A stretch of DNA of 44,421 bases from Verrucomicrobiales bacterium (GTDB lineage: Bacteria > Verrucomicrobiota > Verrucomicrobiia > Limisphaerales > UBA9464), in NCBI GenBank assembly GCA_005801385.1, contig SYEM01000213.1:1-44421 (forward strand), in the 5' to 3' direction. Below are positions 30,762 to 39,459 of this stretch, in pieces. The number at the start of each line of letters is the position of its first letter. Within the stretch, counting starts at the first letter, position 1. The notes under the pieces are model-generated. The model was not told the origin of the DNA. It searched no databases and saw nothing but the letters and a program-made list of their open reading frames with translations. A program made the position numbers and the translations under genes.

Positions 30762-31958
30762 TCACTTGGACCAACTGGCTTGCGAGCACCCCCCCGAAAT
30801 ACAACCCAAATCCTTGACGTGCTTGGAAGGCACGTCAAGCAGCGACAGTCGCCGTTCACCGCCGACACGGCGGGTGAAGACCAGCGTGCGGGAATTCGGG
30901 GACCATGAGGGATCCTCACCCGCAGCCTTCGCCTCGGCGCTGCCGCCGTTGGCGGGCATGACGTAGATCGTGAACTCACCCGCGGCCCGGGTGAAGGCGA
31001 TCCACTGGCCGTCCGGGGACCAATCGGGTTCGGTGCATTGGGTGACGCCCCCCGTGTTGAGCCGCTTCATCGCCCCACCGGAGGCCGGCATGGTGTAGAG
31101 GGAGGGACGCCCGCCCTCGGCCGAGGTGAAACAGATCGTCCGACCATCCGGGGACCAGCAGGGGGACGCTTCCAGCTCCTTCGTGGTGGTCAGCTGTCGG
31201 AGCCCGCTCCCATCCACATTGGCCAGCCACAGGTCCGGACTGCCACCCCGGCTCAGGACCATGACCACCTTGCTGCCATCGGGGGAGACCGCAGGACTGG
31301 AGCTCGTGCCGGGGAATGAGAACACGCGAGTGCGGCTCCCGCTTCGGAGATCCTGGAGGTAGATCTCAGGTCGGGACCCCCTGAACGAGGTGTAGAAGAG
31401 CTTGAGCTGCCCTGGCACCCAGGAAGGGCCGAACGAGATCGATCCATCGCTGGTGAGAGCGACGGCGTTGGCGCCGTCACAGTCGGAGGCCCAGATCTCC
31501 GAGATGAGCTCCCCACGCGCGTTGCGTCCGCCCGGGAGGTTCCGGAAGGCGATCTTGGAGCCGGCGATTCCCGGGATCTGGAGCAGCGACTTCACCACGT
31601 CATTCGCCAGAGCATGGGCCTGGGCCCGCGGGGATCCACCCGGGTAGGCCCGGGAAAACAACACCTGCTGGGTATTGACGTCGGACAATGCGCCGCGGAC
31701 CTCACCCTGTCCCGATCCGGCAAGCCGGTATTGGGGGGCAGCCCCGCTATTGACCTCGAACCCGACGACAAAGAGGTCGAATTCAAGGATCTTGCGTACC
31801 TCGTCGGAGTAGCCCGTGACCGAAATGGGAATGGTTCGAACCGCACCCTTTGTGATCGTGACGCCGCCATCCTGGGCGGTAGCGAGGATCGAGAGGGTGA
31901 CCGAGAGGATCACGGCGGCGGTACGGGCGAGCGGGGCGCTGAGGAATCCGGTCTTCAT
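30762..31958 (-). CDS. tolB: Tol-Pal system beta-propeller protein
   Basis: Signal peptide, TolB_N-like region, KIAF, repeated P-x-WSPDG (PD40) motifs; start ATG 31958. Confidence 0.9.
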   Translation of the reverse strand: MKTGFLSAPLARTAAVILSVTLSILATAQDGGVTITKGAVRTIPISVTGYSDEVRKILEFDLFVVGFEVNSGAAPQYRLAGSGQGEVRGALSDVNTQQVLFSRAYPGGSPRAQAHALANDVVKSLLQIPGIAGSKIAFRNLPGGRNARGELISEIWASDCDGANAVALTSDGSISFGPSWVPGQLKLFYTSFRGSRPEIYLQDLRSGSRTRVFSFPGTSSSPAVSPDGSKVVMVLSRGGSPDLWLANVDGSGLRQLTTTKELEASPCWSPDGRTICFTSAEGGRPSLYTMPASGGAMKRLNTGGVTQCTEPDWSPDGQWIAFTRAAGEFTIYVMPANGGSAEAKAAGEDPSWSPNSRTLVFTRRVGGERRLSLLDVPSKHVKDLGCISGGCSQASWSK

Positions 31959-32956
31959 AGGGAGGCTGAGGCTTCGAGGACAAACTTCACGGGGACGACC
32001 AGTCGGGACTCGTTGAACTCGTCCGGGAGCGGGCGGAGCTTCCGGTTGCGACGGAAGATCTCCTCCACCGAGGCATCGAGGGAGCGGACCCCGGAAGAGC
32101 GCTTGATGGTCACATCGAGAACCGTCCCATCCTTGGAGAGGGTCAACTGGACACCGACCCACTCGTTGCCCGAGGTGGTGGTGGCCGGGCGGCGCCATTG
32201 CTGGTAGAGGAATGTCTGGAGCCAGGAAGTGTAGGGCGCGTAGGCGGCACCCCCGGGGCCGGGCATCTCGATCTTGGTCGAGCCCCCGACATTCTGGGAG
32301 ACGCCCGCAGCGGCCCCGGAGAACCGGGCGGCCAGTTTCTGGGCCGATGCGGCCCGTTGCTGTTGCGCACGCGCCTCGGCGGCCGCGGCCTCCTTCGCCT
32401 CCTTGGCTTCACGCGCCTCCTTGGCCTCACGCTCCGTCTTCCTACGGTCGGCCGCACTCACGGTGCGGACCTGGCTGCTGACCTGGATCTTGGCTGGGGT
32501 CTTCTCTGGCTTCCGGGAGGTGTCGACATCCTGGGCCTTGGCCGTGGGACGGATGTCCTTGGAGACCTCGATCTTCGGTTCCGGTTCGACGGTCTTGGTG
32601 GGTTCCGGTTCTGCGACTTTGGCAGGAGCGGGCTCCGGGGGAGCAGGCTTCACTTGGGGTTCAACCGGCTTTGGCTCGACCTTGGGCACCTCGGTTACAG
32701 GCAGTGCCTTGGGTAACGCCTCAGCGGACGGCGGAGGTGTCCCCTCGACCGCAGCCAAGGGACGAGGATTGGGTGTCCCACCCCCGATCTGGGTGCCCAT
32801 GGTGAGCTTGAGATCGGTGGGGATGATCTCCAGGAACGGAACCTCCGGTTGGACAACCTTCTTCGCGGTCAGGCCACCCACCAGGATCACCAGCGTCAGC
32901 AGGGCAGCGTGGCCCACTGCCGATCCCGCCAAGGTGCGCTGGAAGAGGCGGTCCAC
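31955..32956 (-). CDS. tolA: TolA/TonB-like energy transducer
   Basis: N-terminal TM with S-x3-H motif (SAVGH), Pro/Lys/Glu-rich and EAK-rich linker, TonB_C-like end (W-x-x-P...SSG-x3-LD); GTG start 1 nt after the tolR stop. Confidence 0.82.
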   Translation of the reverse strand: MDRLFQRTLAGSAVGHAALLTLVILVGGLTAKKVVQPEVPFLEIIPTDLKLTMGTQIGGGTPNPRPLAAVEGTPPPSAEALPKALPVTEVPKVEPKPVEPQVKPAPPEPAPAKVAEPEPTKTVEPEPKIEVSKDIRPTAKAQDVDTSRKPEKTPAKIQVSSQVRTVSAADRRKTEREAKEAREAKEAKEAAAAEARAQQQRAASAQKLAARFSGAAAGVSQNVGGSTKIEMPGPGGAAYAPYTSWLQTFLYQQWRRPATTTSGNEWVGVQLTLSKDGTVLDVTIKRSSGVRSLDASVEEIFRRNRKLRPLPDEFNESRLVVPVKFVLEASASL

Positions 32957-32957
32957 G

Positions 32958-33383
32958 TCAACGTCCCCCCTGGGTGTCGGTGGCGATGTCGAACCGGGTG
33001 ATCCCGTTCCGACGGCAGACCTCGATGATGTTGACCGGGAGCTCGAACTTCCCGGCACGGTCCGCCCGGATCCGAACCACAAGGTTCGGGTTCTTCCGAT
33101 ATTCCTCCACCAGCCGCGACTCCAGCAGCCGCAGGTCCGCACCGAGGGCCCGTCCGCGGATGTAGTAGACGCCGTCGGGGCGGGCCTCGACCACGATGAC
33201 ATCGTCCTGTTTCGCGCTCGGCTTGTTCGATCCGCCCGCCGGGAGCTTGAGGCTGATGGACTGCTCCATCAGCGGGGTGGTGATGATGAAGATGATCAGC
33301 AGGACGAAGGCGAGATCCAGAAGGGGGGTGACGTTGATGTCGTTCAACGTCACCAGCGAGTTGCGTTGGGAGAAACGGCGCAT
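32958..33383 (-). CDS. tolR: TolR/ExbD family protein
   Basis: DINVTPLLDLAFVLLIIFIITTP, LKLP, IRAD. Confidence 0.92.
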   Translation of the reverse strand: MRRFSQRNSLVTLNDINVTPLLDLAFVLLIIFIITTPLMEQSISLKLPAGGSNKPSAKQDDVIVVEARPDGVYYIRGRALGADLRLLESRLVEEYRKNPNLVVRIRADRAGKFELPVNIIEVCRRNGITRFDIATDTQGGR

Positions 33384-33417
33384 GCGGACGGGGGTGCTGA
33401 CCGGTCTCGGAGGAGGA

Positions 33418-34149
33418 TTATTCGTCCTTCAGGAATTCCGTCTCCATGCGCGAGGCCAGCGCCTGGGCGAAGTTGTCGAGCTCCACCGTATGCACCCGGA
33501 GCGTGTGGACGAGCCAGTTGTACCCAAACATGGACGGGATCGCGACCAGCAGACCCGCCACGGTGGTCACGAGGGCGGCGGAAACTCCGGGGGCCATGAC
33601 GGCAAGATCCGCCCTCGCCCCGGCCTGGGCGGCTACCGCCACGCCGCCGAAGGCGTCCATGACGCCCCACACGGTGCCCAGCAGCCCGAGAAACGGAGCC
33701 CCGCTGACCGCCACAGCCAGGAGCACCAATCCGGACTCGAGCCGCAGGGATTCGCGGGCGACCGAACCCTCGAGGGACCGCTTCACATGCTCCACGCCTT
33801 TCAGGGTGGCATGGACCTTACGGGTGCCATCCGAGGCCCGGAGATGCCCCTCCAGGTCGTTGCAGCCATCCAGATACACGGAGAACAGGGGACAGCCATC
33901 CACCTGCAGCTTGCGATCGAAGATGGCGAGGACGGACTTCTGCTGGCGGAACTCGGCCTCGAAGTAGTGGTTGAGGCGCTGGGCCCGGCGCATCTGGAGG
34001 GCCTTCGAGGCCATCACCGACCAGGCGAAGACCGAGAAGATAAGGAGGATGACGATGATGACCTTGGCCTCAGGCGTCGCCTGGTTCCAGATGTAGGTCA
34101 GCGTGAAACCACCCTGTTGGGCAGCCAGCAGACCGGGGATGTAATTCAT
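33418..34149 (-). CDS. tolQ: TolQ/ExbB proton channel protein
   Basis: APFLGLLGTVWGVMDAF, APGVSAALVTTVAGLLVAIPS, YN. Confidence 0.93.
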   Translation of the reverse strand: MNYIPGLLAAQQGGFTLTYIWNQATPEAKVIIVILLIFSVFAWSVMASKALQMRRAQRLNHYFEAEFRQQKSVLAIFDRKLQVDGCPLFSVYLDGCNDLEGHLRASDGTRKVHATLKGVEHVKRSLEGSVARESLRLESGLVLLAVAVSGAPFLGLLGTVWGVMDAFGGVAVAAQAGARADLAVMAPGVSAALVTTVAGLLVAIPSMFGYNWLVHTLRVHTVELDNFAQALASRMETEFLKDE

Positions 34150-34189
34150 CGTTCCGTGGTTCTCTCAATGTCCTCCAACGCGCAGCTCG

Positions 34190-34217
34190 ATTAAATCGCG
34201 GGCCCGACTCCGGTCAA
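34190..34217 (-). promoter_or_regulatory. Putative sigma70 promoter of the tol-pal operon
   Basis: TTGACC-N16-TTTAAT, 40 nt upstream of the tolQ ATG. Confidence 0.45.
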
Positions 34218-34290
34218 AGCTTTACTTCCCGGCGCACGGGCGTTTCCCGATTCGGGACCGCATCCCGTCACACACGTCACCCGGCGGCAC

Positions 34291-34749
34291 TCAACGGCGA
34301 CGACGGCGATGGAAGTCCAGGAATCCACGGTGGGCGGCAGACTCCAGCCGCCAGTGCTCCACCAGGGACTCGAACGCCTGAAGCGTCTGGGGTCTCAGAT
34401 GGTGCTCCATGTCCTCGACATCGTCGGCCACCACCTCGTCGGCCAGCCCCAGCATCTGGAGGAGCTCGGTGAGGATCCGGTGCCGGTGGCGGATGTGCCT
34501 GGCCACCGAGGCCCCTTCGCGGGTCAGGGTGAAGCCGCGGTAGCGTTCGTAGTTCAGGTAGCCCCGCTTGGCGAGGCGTCGCACCATGTTGGAGACCGTG
34601 GAGCGGCTCAGCTGAAGCTCCTCGGCGATGTCGGTGACACGTGCATACCCCTTGGAATCGACCAGATCCTGGATGCGCTCGAGATGGTCCTCCGTGGACT
34701 CCGATCTCAGAGGGGCCATCCGGGCCGCGCTGCGCGTCTTCGCTGGCAT
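34291..34749 (-). CDS. mntR: Manganese-dependent transcriptional regulator, DtxR/MntR family (short form, no FeoA domain)
   Basis: EDHLERI...KGYARVTDIA...YERYRG-x-x-LT...RH...DVEDMEHH matches the Bacillus MntR pattern; divergent from a metal ABC transporter. Confidence 0.88.
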   Translation of the reverse strand: MPAKTRSAARMAPLRSESTEDHLERIQDLVDSKGYARVTDIAEELQLSRSTVSNMVRRLAKRGYLNYERYRGFTLTREGASVARHIRHRHRILTELLQMLGLADEVVADDVEDMEHHLRPQTLQAFESLVEHWRLESAAHRGFLDFHRRRRR

Positions 34750-34790
34750 TCCAGTGGGCTACCAGAAGCCAAACCCCGTGCCAAGGCCGG

Positions 34791-34840
34791 ATGTTTTGAG
34801 GAGCTGGATTTGTTTTTACCCTCAAACATTTGATTTTGAC
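34791..34840. promoter_or_regulatory. Candidate MntR operator region
   Basis: AT-rich island containing the palindrome TGTTT-N8-AAACA (34811-34828) and related half-sites at 34792 and 34831. Confidence 0.5.
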
Positions 34841-34872
34841 CCCTACTTCCTCGTGCGGTACCAATCTCCCCG

Positions 34873-35859
34873 GTGAAGACTCCGATCGCAACCGCGGCGT
34901 CGAGGCGGCTGGCCTCCGGCCAGCGCTGTCGCCTTTGGACCGCAGCGGGGCTTCTGCTGATGTTGCTGGTCCTGCATGGCTGTGGCCGTGGGGGCGACGA
35001 CTCGCCCGTGGGGGCTTCGAACCGCACAGGGCCCAAGCGCATCGTGACGACCTTCACGATCCTGCAGGACATGGCCCAGAACGTGGCCGGCACCAATGCC
35101 GTGGTGAAATCCATCACCAAGCCCGGGGCCGAGATCCACGAATACGAGCCCACACCGGGTGACGTGGTGAAGGCTCAGCACGCGGATCTCGTCCTATGGA
35201 ACGGGCTGGGGCTGGAGCGGTGGTTCGAGCGCTTCTTTGGGAACCTCAAAGGTGTCCCGGAGGCGGTGCTTTCCGAGGGAATCCCGCCGATCAGCATCAC
35301 GGAGGGCGCCTACTCGGGAAAGCCGAATCCCCATGCCTGGATGTCCCCGACCAACGCACTCCGCTACGTCGAGAACATCCGGAATGCCCTCGTGAGGCTC
35401 GACCCGGAACACGCCGAGGCCTACACGGCGAATGCCGCTGCCTATTCGGAAAGGATCCGCGCCATCGACGAGCCACTGCGCCGGCGTCTTGGCTCGATCC
35501 CGGCGGATCGGCGCTGGCTGGTCACCAGCGAGGGGGCGTTCCCATACCTCGCCCGGGACTACGGGCTCAGGGAGCTCTACCTGTGGCCGATCAACGCGGA
35601 CGAGGAAGCAACCCCGCAACAGGTCCGGAAGGTCATCGACCGAGTCCGGGCTGAACGCATTCCCGCCGTTTTCAGCGAGAGCACCATCAGCGACAAGGCC
35701 ATGCGCCAGGTCGCCCGTGAGACCGGCGCGCGGTTCGGCGGGATCCTCCATGTGGATTCGCTGACCGACGAGGGCGGCGCTGTCCCGACCTACCTCCAGC
35801 TGCTGCAGACCAATGCGGACACAATTGTCCGAGGCCTGTCCGGCAACCCAATGCCATGA
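34873..35859 (+). CDS. sitA: Mn/Fe ABC transporter substrate-binding lipoprotein (SitA/YfeA/MntC-like)
   Basis: Lipobox LHGC, TTFTILQDMAQNVAG, GAEIHEYEPTP, PNPHAWMSP, VTSEGAF, LWPINAD, FSESTISD, DSL; exact start uncertain. Confidence 0.9.
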   Translation: MKTPIATAASRRLASGQRCRLWTAAGLLLMLLVLHGCGRGGDDSPVGASNRTGPKRIVTTFTILQDMAQNVAGTNAVVKSITKPGAEIHEYEPTPGDVVKAQHADLVLWNGLGLERWFERFFGNLKGVPEAVLSEGIPPISITEGAYSGKPNPHAWMSPTNALRYVENIRNALVRLDPEHAEAYTANAAAYSERIRAIDEPLRRRLGSIPADRRWLVTSEGAFPYLARDYGLRELYLWPINADEEATPQQVRKVIDRVRAERIPAVFSESTISDKAMRQVARETGARFGGILHVDSLTDEGGAVPTYLQLLQTNADTIVRGLSGNPMP

Positions 35860-36776
35860 CACCCCCCGCTCCGTCCCAGCATCCCTTCGACCTCACGGTC
35901 GACCATGTCACGGTCACCTACCGGAGTGGCCATGTGGCCGTGCACGATGCCAGCTTCCGTCTCCATTCCGGGACCATCTGCGGGCTGGTCGGCGTCAACG
36001 GCAGCGGAAAATCGACCCTGTTCAAGACCATCATGGGGTTCCTCAACCCGGATTCAGGCTGGGTCTCCATCGGGGGGCGGTCGATCCGGGAGGCCCAATC
36101 GAGGAACTGGGTCGCCTATGTGCCGCAGTCGGAGGAGGTGGATTGGACCTTTCCCGTGACGGTCTGGGACGTGGTGATGATGGGGCGGTATGGCCACATG
36201 AACCTGCTCCGAATCCCGGCTGCCCGGGACCGCAGCAAGGTGGAGGAAAGCCTGCGGAGGGTGGACCTCTGGGAGCTTCGGGACCGGCAGATCGGCGAGC
36301 TGTCGGGCGGACAGAAGAAACGGGCCTTCCTGGCCCGATCCCTCGCACAGGAAGGACGTGTCATCCTTCTCGACGAGCCCTTCACCGGGGTCGATGTCCG
36401 GACCGAGGCCGCGATCATCCAGCTCCTCAAGGAACTGAGGGACGCCGGGCAGATCCTCCTGGTGTCGACCCACAACCTCGGATCGGTCCCGGAGTTTTGC
36501 GACCACGCGGTGATCATCCAGCAGTCGATCGTTGCCGCGGGCCCCCTTGTGGAGACCTTCACCGAGCAGAATCTCGCGAAGGCATTCGGGGGAGTCCTCC
36601 GACACTTCCGGTTCGACCAATCCACGGTCCAGCCCCACGACAACCACCGCATCACGGTGTTGACCGACGACGAGCGGCCCCTCGTGTTCGGCAAGGATGG
36701 ACACCTGGAGTTCACCGAACGTCGGGAGCACGAGGACATTGTCCGGGAGAGGACCCTCCCGGGGGATGAACCATGA
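35856..36776 (+). CDS. sitB: Mn/Fe ABC transporter ATP-binding protein
   Basis: GVNGSGKST, YVPQSEEVDW, LSGGQKKR, LLDEPFTGVD, TH, C-terminal TDDERP. Confidence 0.92.
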   Translation: MTPPAPSQHPFDLTVDHVTVTYRSGHVAVHDASFRLHSGTICGLVGVNGSGKSTLFKTIMGFLNPDSGWVSIGGRSIREAQSRNWVAYVPQSEEVDWTFPVTVWDVVMMGRYGHMNLLRIPAARDRSKVEESLRRVDLWELRDRQIGELSGGQKKRAFLARSLAQEGRVILLDEPFTGVDVRTEAAIIQLLKELRDAGQILLVSTHNLGSVPEFCDHAVIIQQSIVAAGPLVETFTEQNLAKAFGGVLRHFRFDQSTVQPHDNHRITVLTDDERPLVFGKDGHLEFTERREHEDIVRERTLPGDEP

Positions 36777-37636
36777 TGGAGTCCCTGCTCACCCCTTTCG
36801 GATACGAGTACCTCGTGCGGGCGCTCTGGGTGTGTGCGCTCGTCGGCGGGGTCGGAGGGCTGCTGTCGTGCTTCGTGACCCTGAAGGGCTGGTCCCTGAT
36901 GGGAGACGCGCTATCCCATGCGGTGGTTCCGGGTGTCGCGGTCGCTGGCATCCTTGGGCTCCCCTTCTCGGTGGGTGCGGCGTTCGCCGCAATGCTCGCC
37001 ACCGCGGGCATGGGATTCCTGAGGGCCCGCACACCCCTGAGGGAGGATGCGGTCATCGGCATTGTGTTCACGACCTTCTTCGCGCTGGGCCTGCTGCTGC
37101 TCTCCCTGCGCCCCGCCGGCATCAACCTCCGCACGATCGTGTTCGGGAACGTTCTTGGAATCGACCCGGCCGACAGTCGTCAGCTTGTCGCAATCTCGTT
37201 CGGGACGCTGGCGATCCTCGCCGTCCGGTGGCGTGACCTCGTCCTGTTCTGCTTCGACACCAACCAGGCCCGATCCATCGGACTGAACACCGCCGTGCTG
37301 CACGGCACCCTGCTCACCCTTCTCTCGGCAACCGCCGTGGCCTCGCTCCAGACCGTCGGCGCCGTCCTCGTGGTGGCCACCCTGGTCACGCCCGGGGCGA
37401 CGGCCTATCTGCTGACCGACCGTTTTGGTCGGATGCTGATCCTCTCTGGGACACTGGGCGCCTCGACCGCCGCATGTGGGGCCTACCTGAGCTACTTCGT
37501 GGACGGATCGACCGGCGGCTGCATCGTGGTCCTCCAGACCACGGGATTCCTGGCCGCCTGGGTGTTTGCACCCCGGCACGGACTGCTCGGGAACCGGTGG
37601 CACCGCGGACGGGACGGGACGGGAGGAACCCCGTGA
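36773..37636 (+). CDS. sitC: Mn/Fe ABC transporter permease
   Basis: LKGWSLMGDALSHAVVPG, EDAVIG, FGNVLGI, TPGATAYLLTDRF. Confidence 0.92.
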   Translation: MMESLLTPFGYEYLVRALWVCALVGGVGGLLSCFVTLKGWSLMGDALSHAVVPGVAVAGILGLPFSVGAAFAAMLATAGMGFLRARTPLREDAVIGIVFTTFFALGLLLLSLRPAGINLRTIVFGNVLGIDPADSRQLVAISFGTLAILAVRWRDLVLFCFDTNQARSIGLNTAVLHGTLLTLLSATAVASLQTVGAVLVVATLVTPGATAYLLTDRFGRMLILSGTLGASTAACGAYLSYFVDGSTGGCIVVLQTTGFLAAWVFAPRHGLLGNRWHRGRDGTGGTP

Positions 37637-38502
37637 GCTGGTCGTCCCCATTCGAGCACGAGTTCATGAGGACCGCGCTGCTCATGGCGGTGATGGTCGG
37701 CACGGTGTGCGCCGTCTTCTCCTGCTTCCTGGTGCTGAAGGGGTGGTCGCTGATGGGGGATGCCGTCGCCCATGCCGTCCTTCCGGGAATCGTGATCGCC
37801 TACTGGGCCGGCCTGCCCCTCAGTGTCGGCGCCTTCGCCTCCGGGCTTCTCTGCGCCGTCGGCTCGGGCTACATCCGGAGCCGAAGCCGGGTGAAGGAGG
37901 ACACCGTCCTGGGTGTGGTCTTCACCGGATTGTTCGGACTCGGGCTCGTCCTCTTCACGAAGGTCGAGTCCGACCAGCACCTCAACCACATCCTGTTCGG
38001 CAATCTCCTGGGCATCCCGAGAGCGGAGGTGATGTGGACCTCGACCACCGGGATTCTGACCCTTGCGATCATCACCCTGCGGCACCGGGATCTGCTGCTG
38101 TTCTGCTTCGACCCGGGGCAGGCGCGGAGCATCGGGCTTAGCCCTGCCCGTCTCAATCTCATCCTGCTGGGGCTCCTGGCCCTGACCATCGTCACGGCGC
38201 TTCAGGCGGTCGGGGTGATCCTTGTGGTCGCGATGCTGGTGACTCCGGGCTGCCTGGGCTTCTTGATGGCCGACCGATTCCCACGGATGGTGGGGTTTGC
38301 GGTGGCCTCGGCGGTTCTTGCAGCGGTCTCGGGAACCTATGTGAGCTTTTTTCTCAATGCGTCGACCGGGGCCTGCATCGTCCTCGTCCAAGCCCTTCTC
38401 TTCGGTGCCGCACTGGTTCTTTCCCCCCGAAAGGGACTCACGATCCTGCATCGCCGGGGTCGGAAGACCAAGGATCGCATCCCCGATCCAGCCCACGGCT
38501 GA
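37633..38502 (+). CDS. sitD: Mn/Fe ABC transporter permease
   Basis: LKGWSLMGDAVAHAVLPG, KEDTVLG, DQHLNHILFGNLLG; GTGA overlap with sitC. Confidence 0.92.
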   Translation: MSWSSPFEHEFMRTALLMAVMVGTVCAVFSCFLVLKGWSLMGDAVAHAVLPGIVIAYWAGLPLSVGAFASGLLCAVGSGYIRSRSRVKEDTVLGVVFTGLFGLGLVLFTKVESDQHLNHILFGNLLGIPRAEVMWTSTTGILTLAIITLRHRDLLLFCFDPGQARSIGLSPARLNLILLGLLALTIVTALQAVGVILVVAMLVTPGCLGFLMADRFPRMVGFAVASAVLAAVSGTYVSFFLNASTGACIVLVQALLFGAALVLSPRKGLTILHRRGRKTKDRIPDPAHG

Positions 38503-38520
38503 TCCGTAGACCAACGGGCA

Positions 38521-39459
38521 TCACCGCTGCCGGCGACGGACTCCGAACACATTCCCGACCGGATGTGGGAGGCCGGGATACAGCGGATTCCTCGGACGGT
38601 TCAGGACGGTGCCGCCAAGCCACGAGCCCCCGAGAACCAGGGTGGTGGAAGCCCCCCCATCCATCCGGATGGCATCCGAGGCGCCGAGCTCACCGATGAG
38701 ATCCGACGCCTCGCTGGCGCTGAGACCTTCGCTGTATCCGGGCTGCTTCCCGTCCACGACCAGGAAACAGAGCCACCGTTGGTCGGGAGAGACCCCAACC
38801 ATGGTCACGGCGTCCACCTCCGTATTCTCAAAGGTGTTGGTACCACCCCGCCGAACCACCAGAAATCCACCCGCACCCCACCGGACATCCGGGATCTGAC
38901 CGGGGACCTGGAGCATCCGGATGCCGCCCTTGGAGTCCACGATCAGGGCGTCGAGATTGGAGACCGGAGTCGACCACCACTGCCCGTCCGAGACCGCAAG
39001 CCCATCGAGGCGGACTTCGCCACCGGGAAGGATCGGCTCCGGGACGAATGGGGTGGCATTGACGACCGCAACGAGTCCGTTGTTCCTCAGCGTGGAGAGA
39101 GGCCAATCGGCCCGAATGCGGCCACCCGAGTCGGGGCGTGCCGGCGGCACCACCAGCTCGAGATCCCCTCGTCCCAGGTCGAACCTCAGGACATGGCCGC
39201 GAATCTCCCGGGGGAATGACCTGTGGAACCGGCAGTGGTCCACCCCGGGTTCGCGTGTCGTCCAGGGTTCAAACCCCGGACCTGCCGGAGGCCATGTCTC
39301 AAGGAAGGCCGGAGCCCGGAGCCCACCCCAGACCAACCACAGGAAGAACGCAGTTCCCGGAACAAGGAGGGCGGCGAGAAAGCGCCCGTAGGATGGAAAT
39401 CGACGATGGGTTCGGTTTCGGCTGCGTCCTCTCATGGTACTGGATGCCGTCGGGGTCAC
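38521..39459 (-). CDS. Phosphodiester glycosidase (NAGPA-like) family protein, membrane-anchored
   Basis: N-terminal TM, AVVNATPF, G-x-x-VSDG, LVVDGKQPGYSEG, DA-x-x-MDGGASTTL; alternative start at 39435. Confidence 0.8.
   Translation of the reverse strand: MTPTASSTMRGRSRNRTHRRFPSYGRFLAALLVPGTAFFLWLVWGGLRAPAFLETWPPAGPGFEPWTTREPGVDHCRFHRSFPREIRGHVLRFDLGRGDLELVVPPARPDSGGRIRADWPLSTLRNNGLVAVVNATPFVPEPILPGGEVRLDGLAVSDGQWWSTPVSNLDALIVDSKGGIRMLQVPGQIPDVRWGAGGFLVVRRGGTNTFENTEVDAVTMVGVSPDQRWLCFLVVDGKQPGYSEGLSASEASDLIGELGASDAIRMDGGASTTLVLGGSWLGGTVLNRPRNPLYPGLPHPVGNVFGVRRRQR

Noticed and set aside
28330-30966. 878-aa + strand ORF spanning several genes
   Set aside because: It is the codon-aligned antisense of the giant gene, tsaA and pal, which happen to share one frame (starts 29004, 29940 and 30720 differ by multiples of 3). 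TTA/CTA/TCA are rare in GC-rich genes, so antisense stops are rare.
34767-34784. Sigma54 promoter upstream of mntR (TTGGCACGGGGTTTGGCT)
   Set aside because: The GG-to-GC spacing is 11 rather than the strict 10; it fits a sigma70 -35 better.
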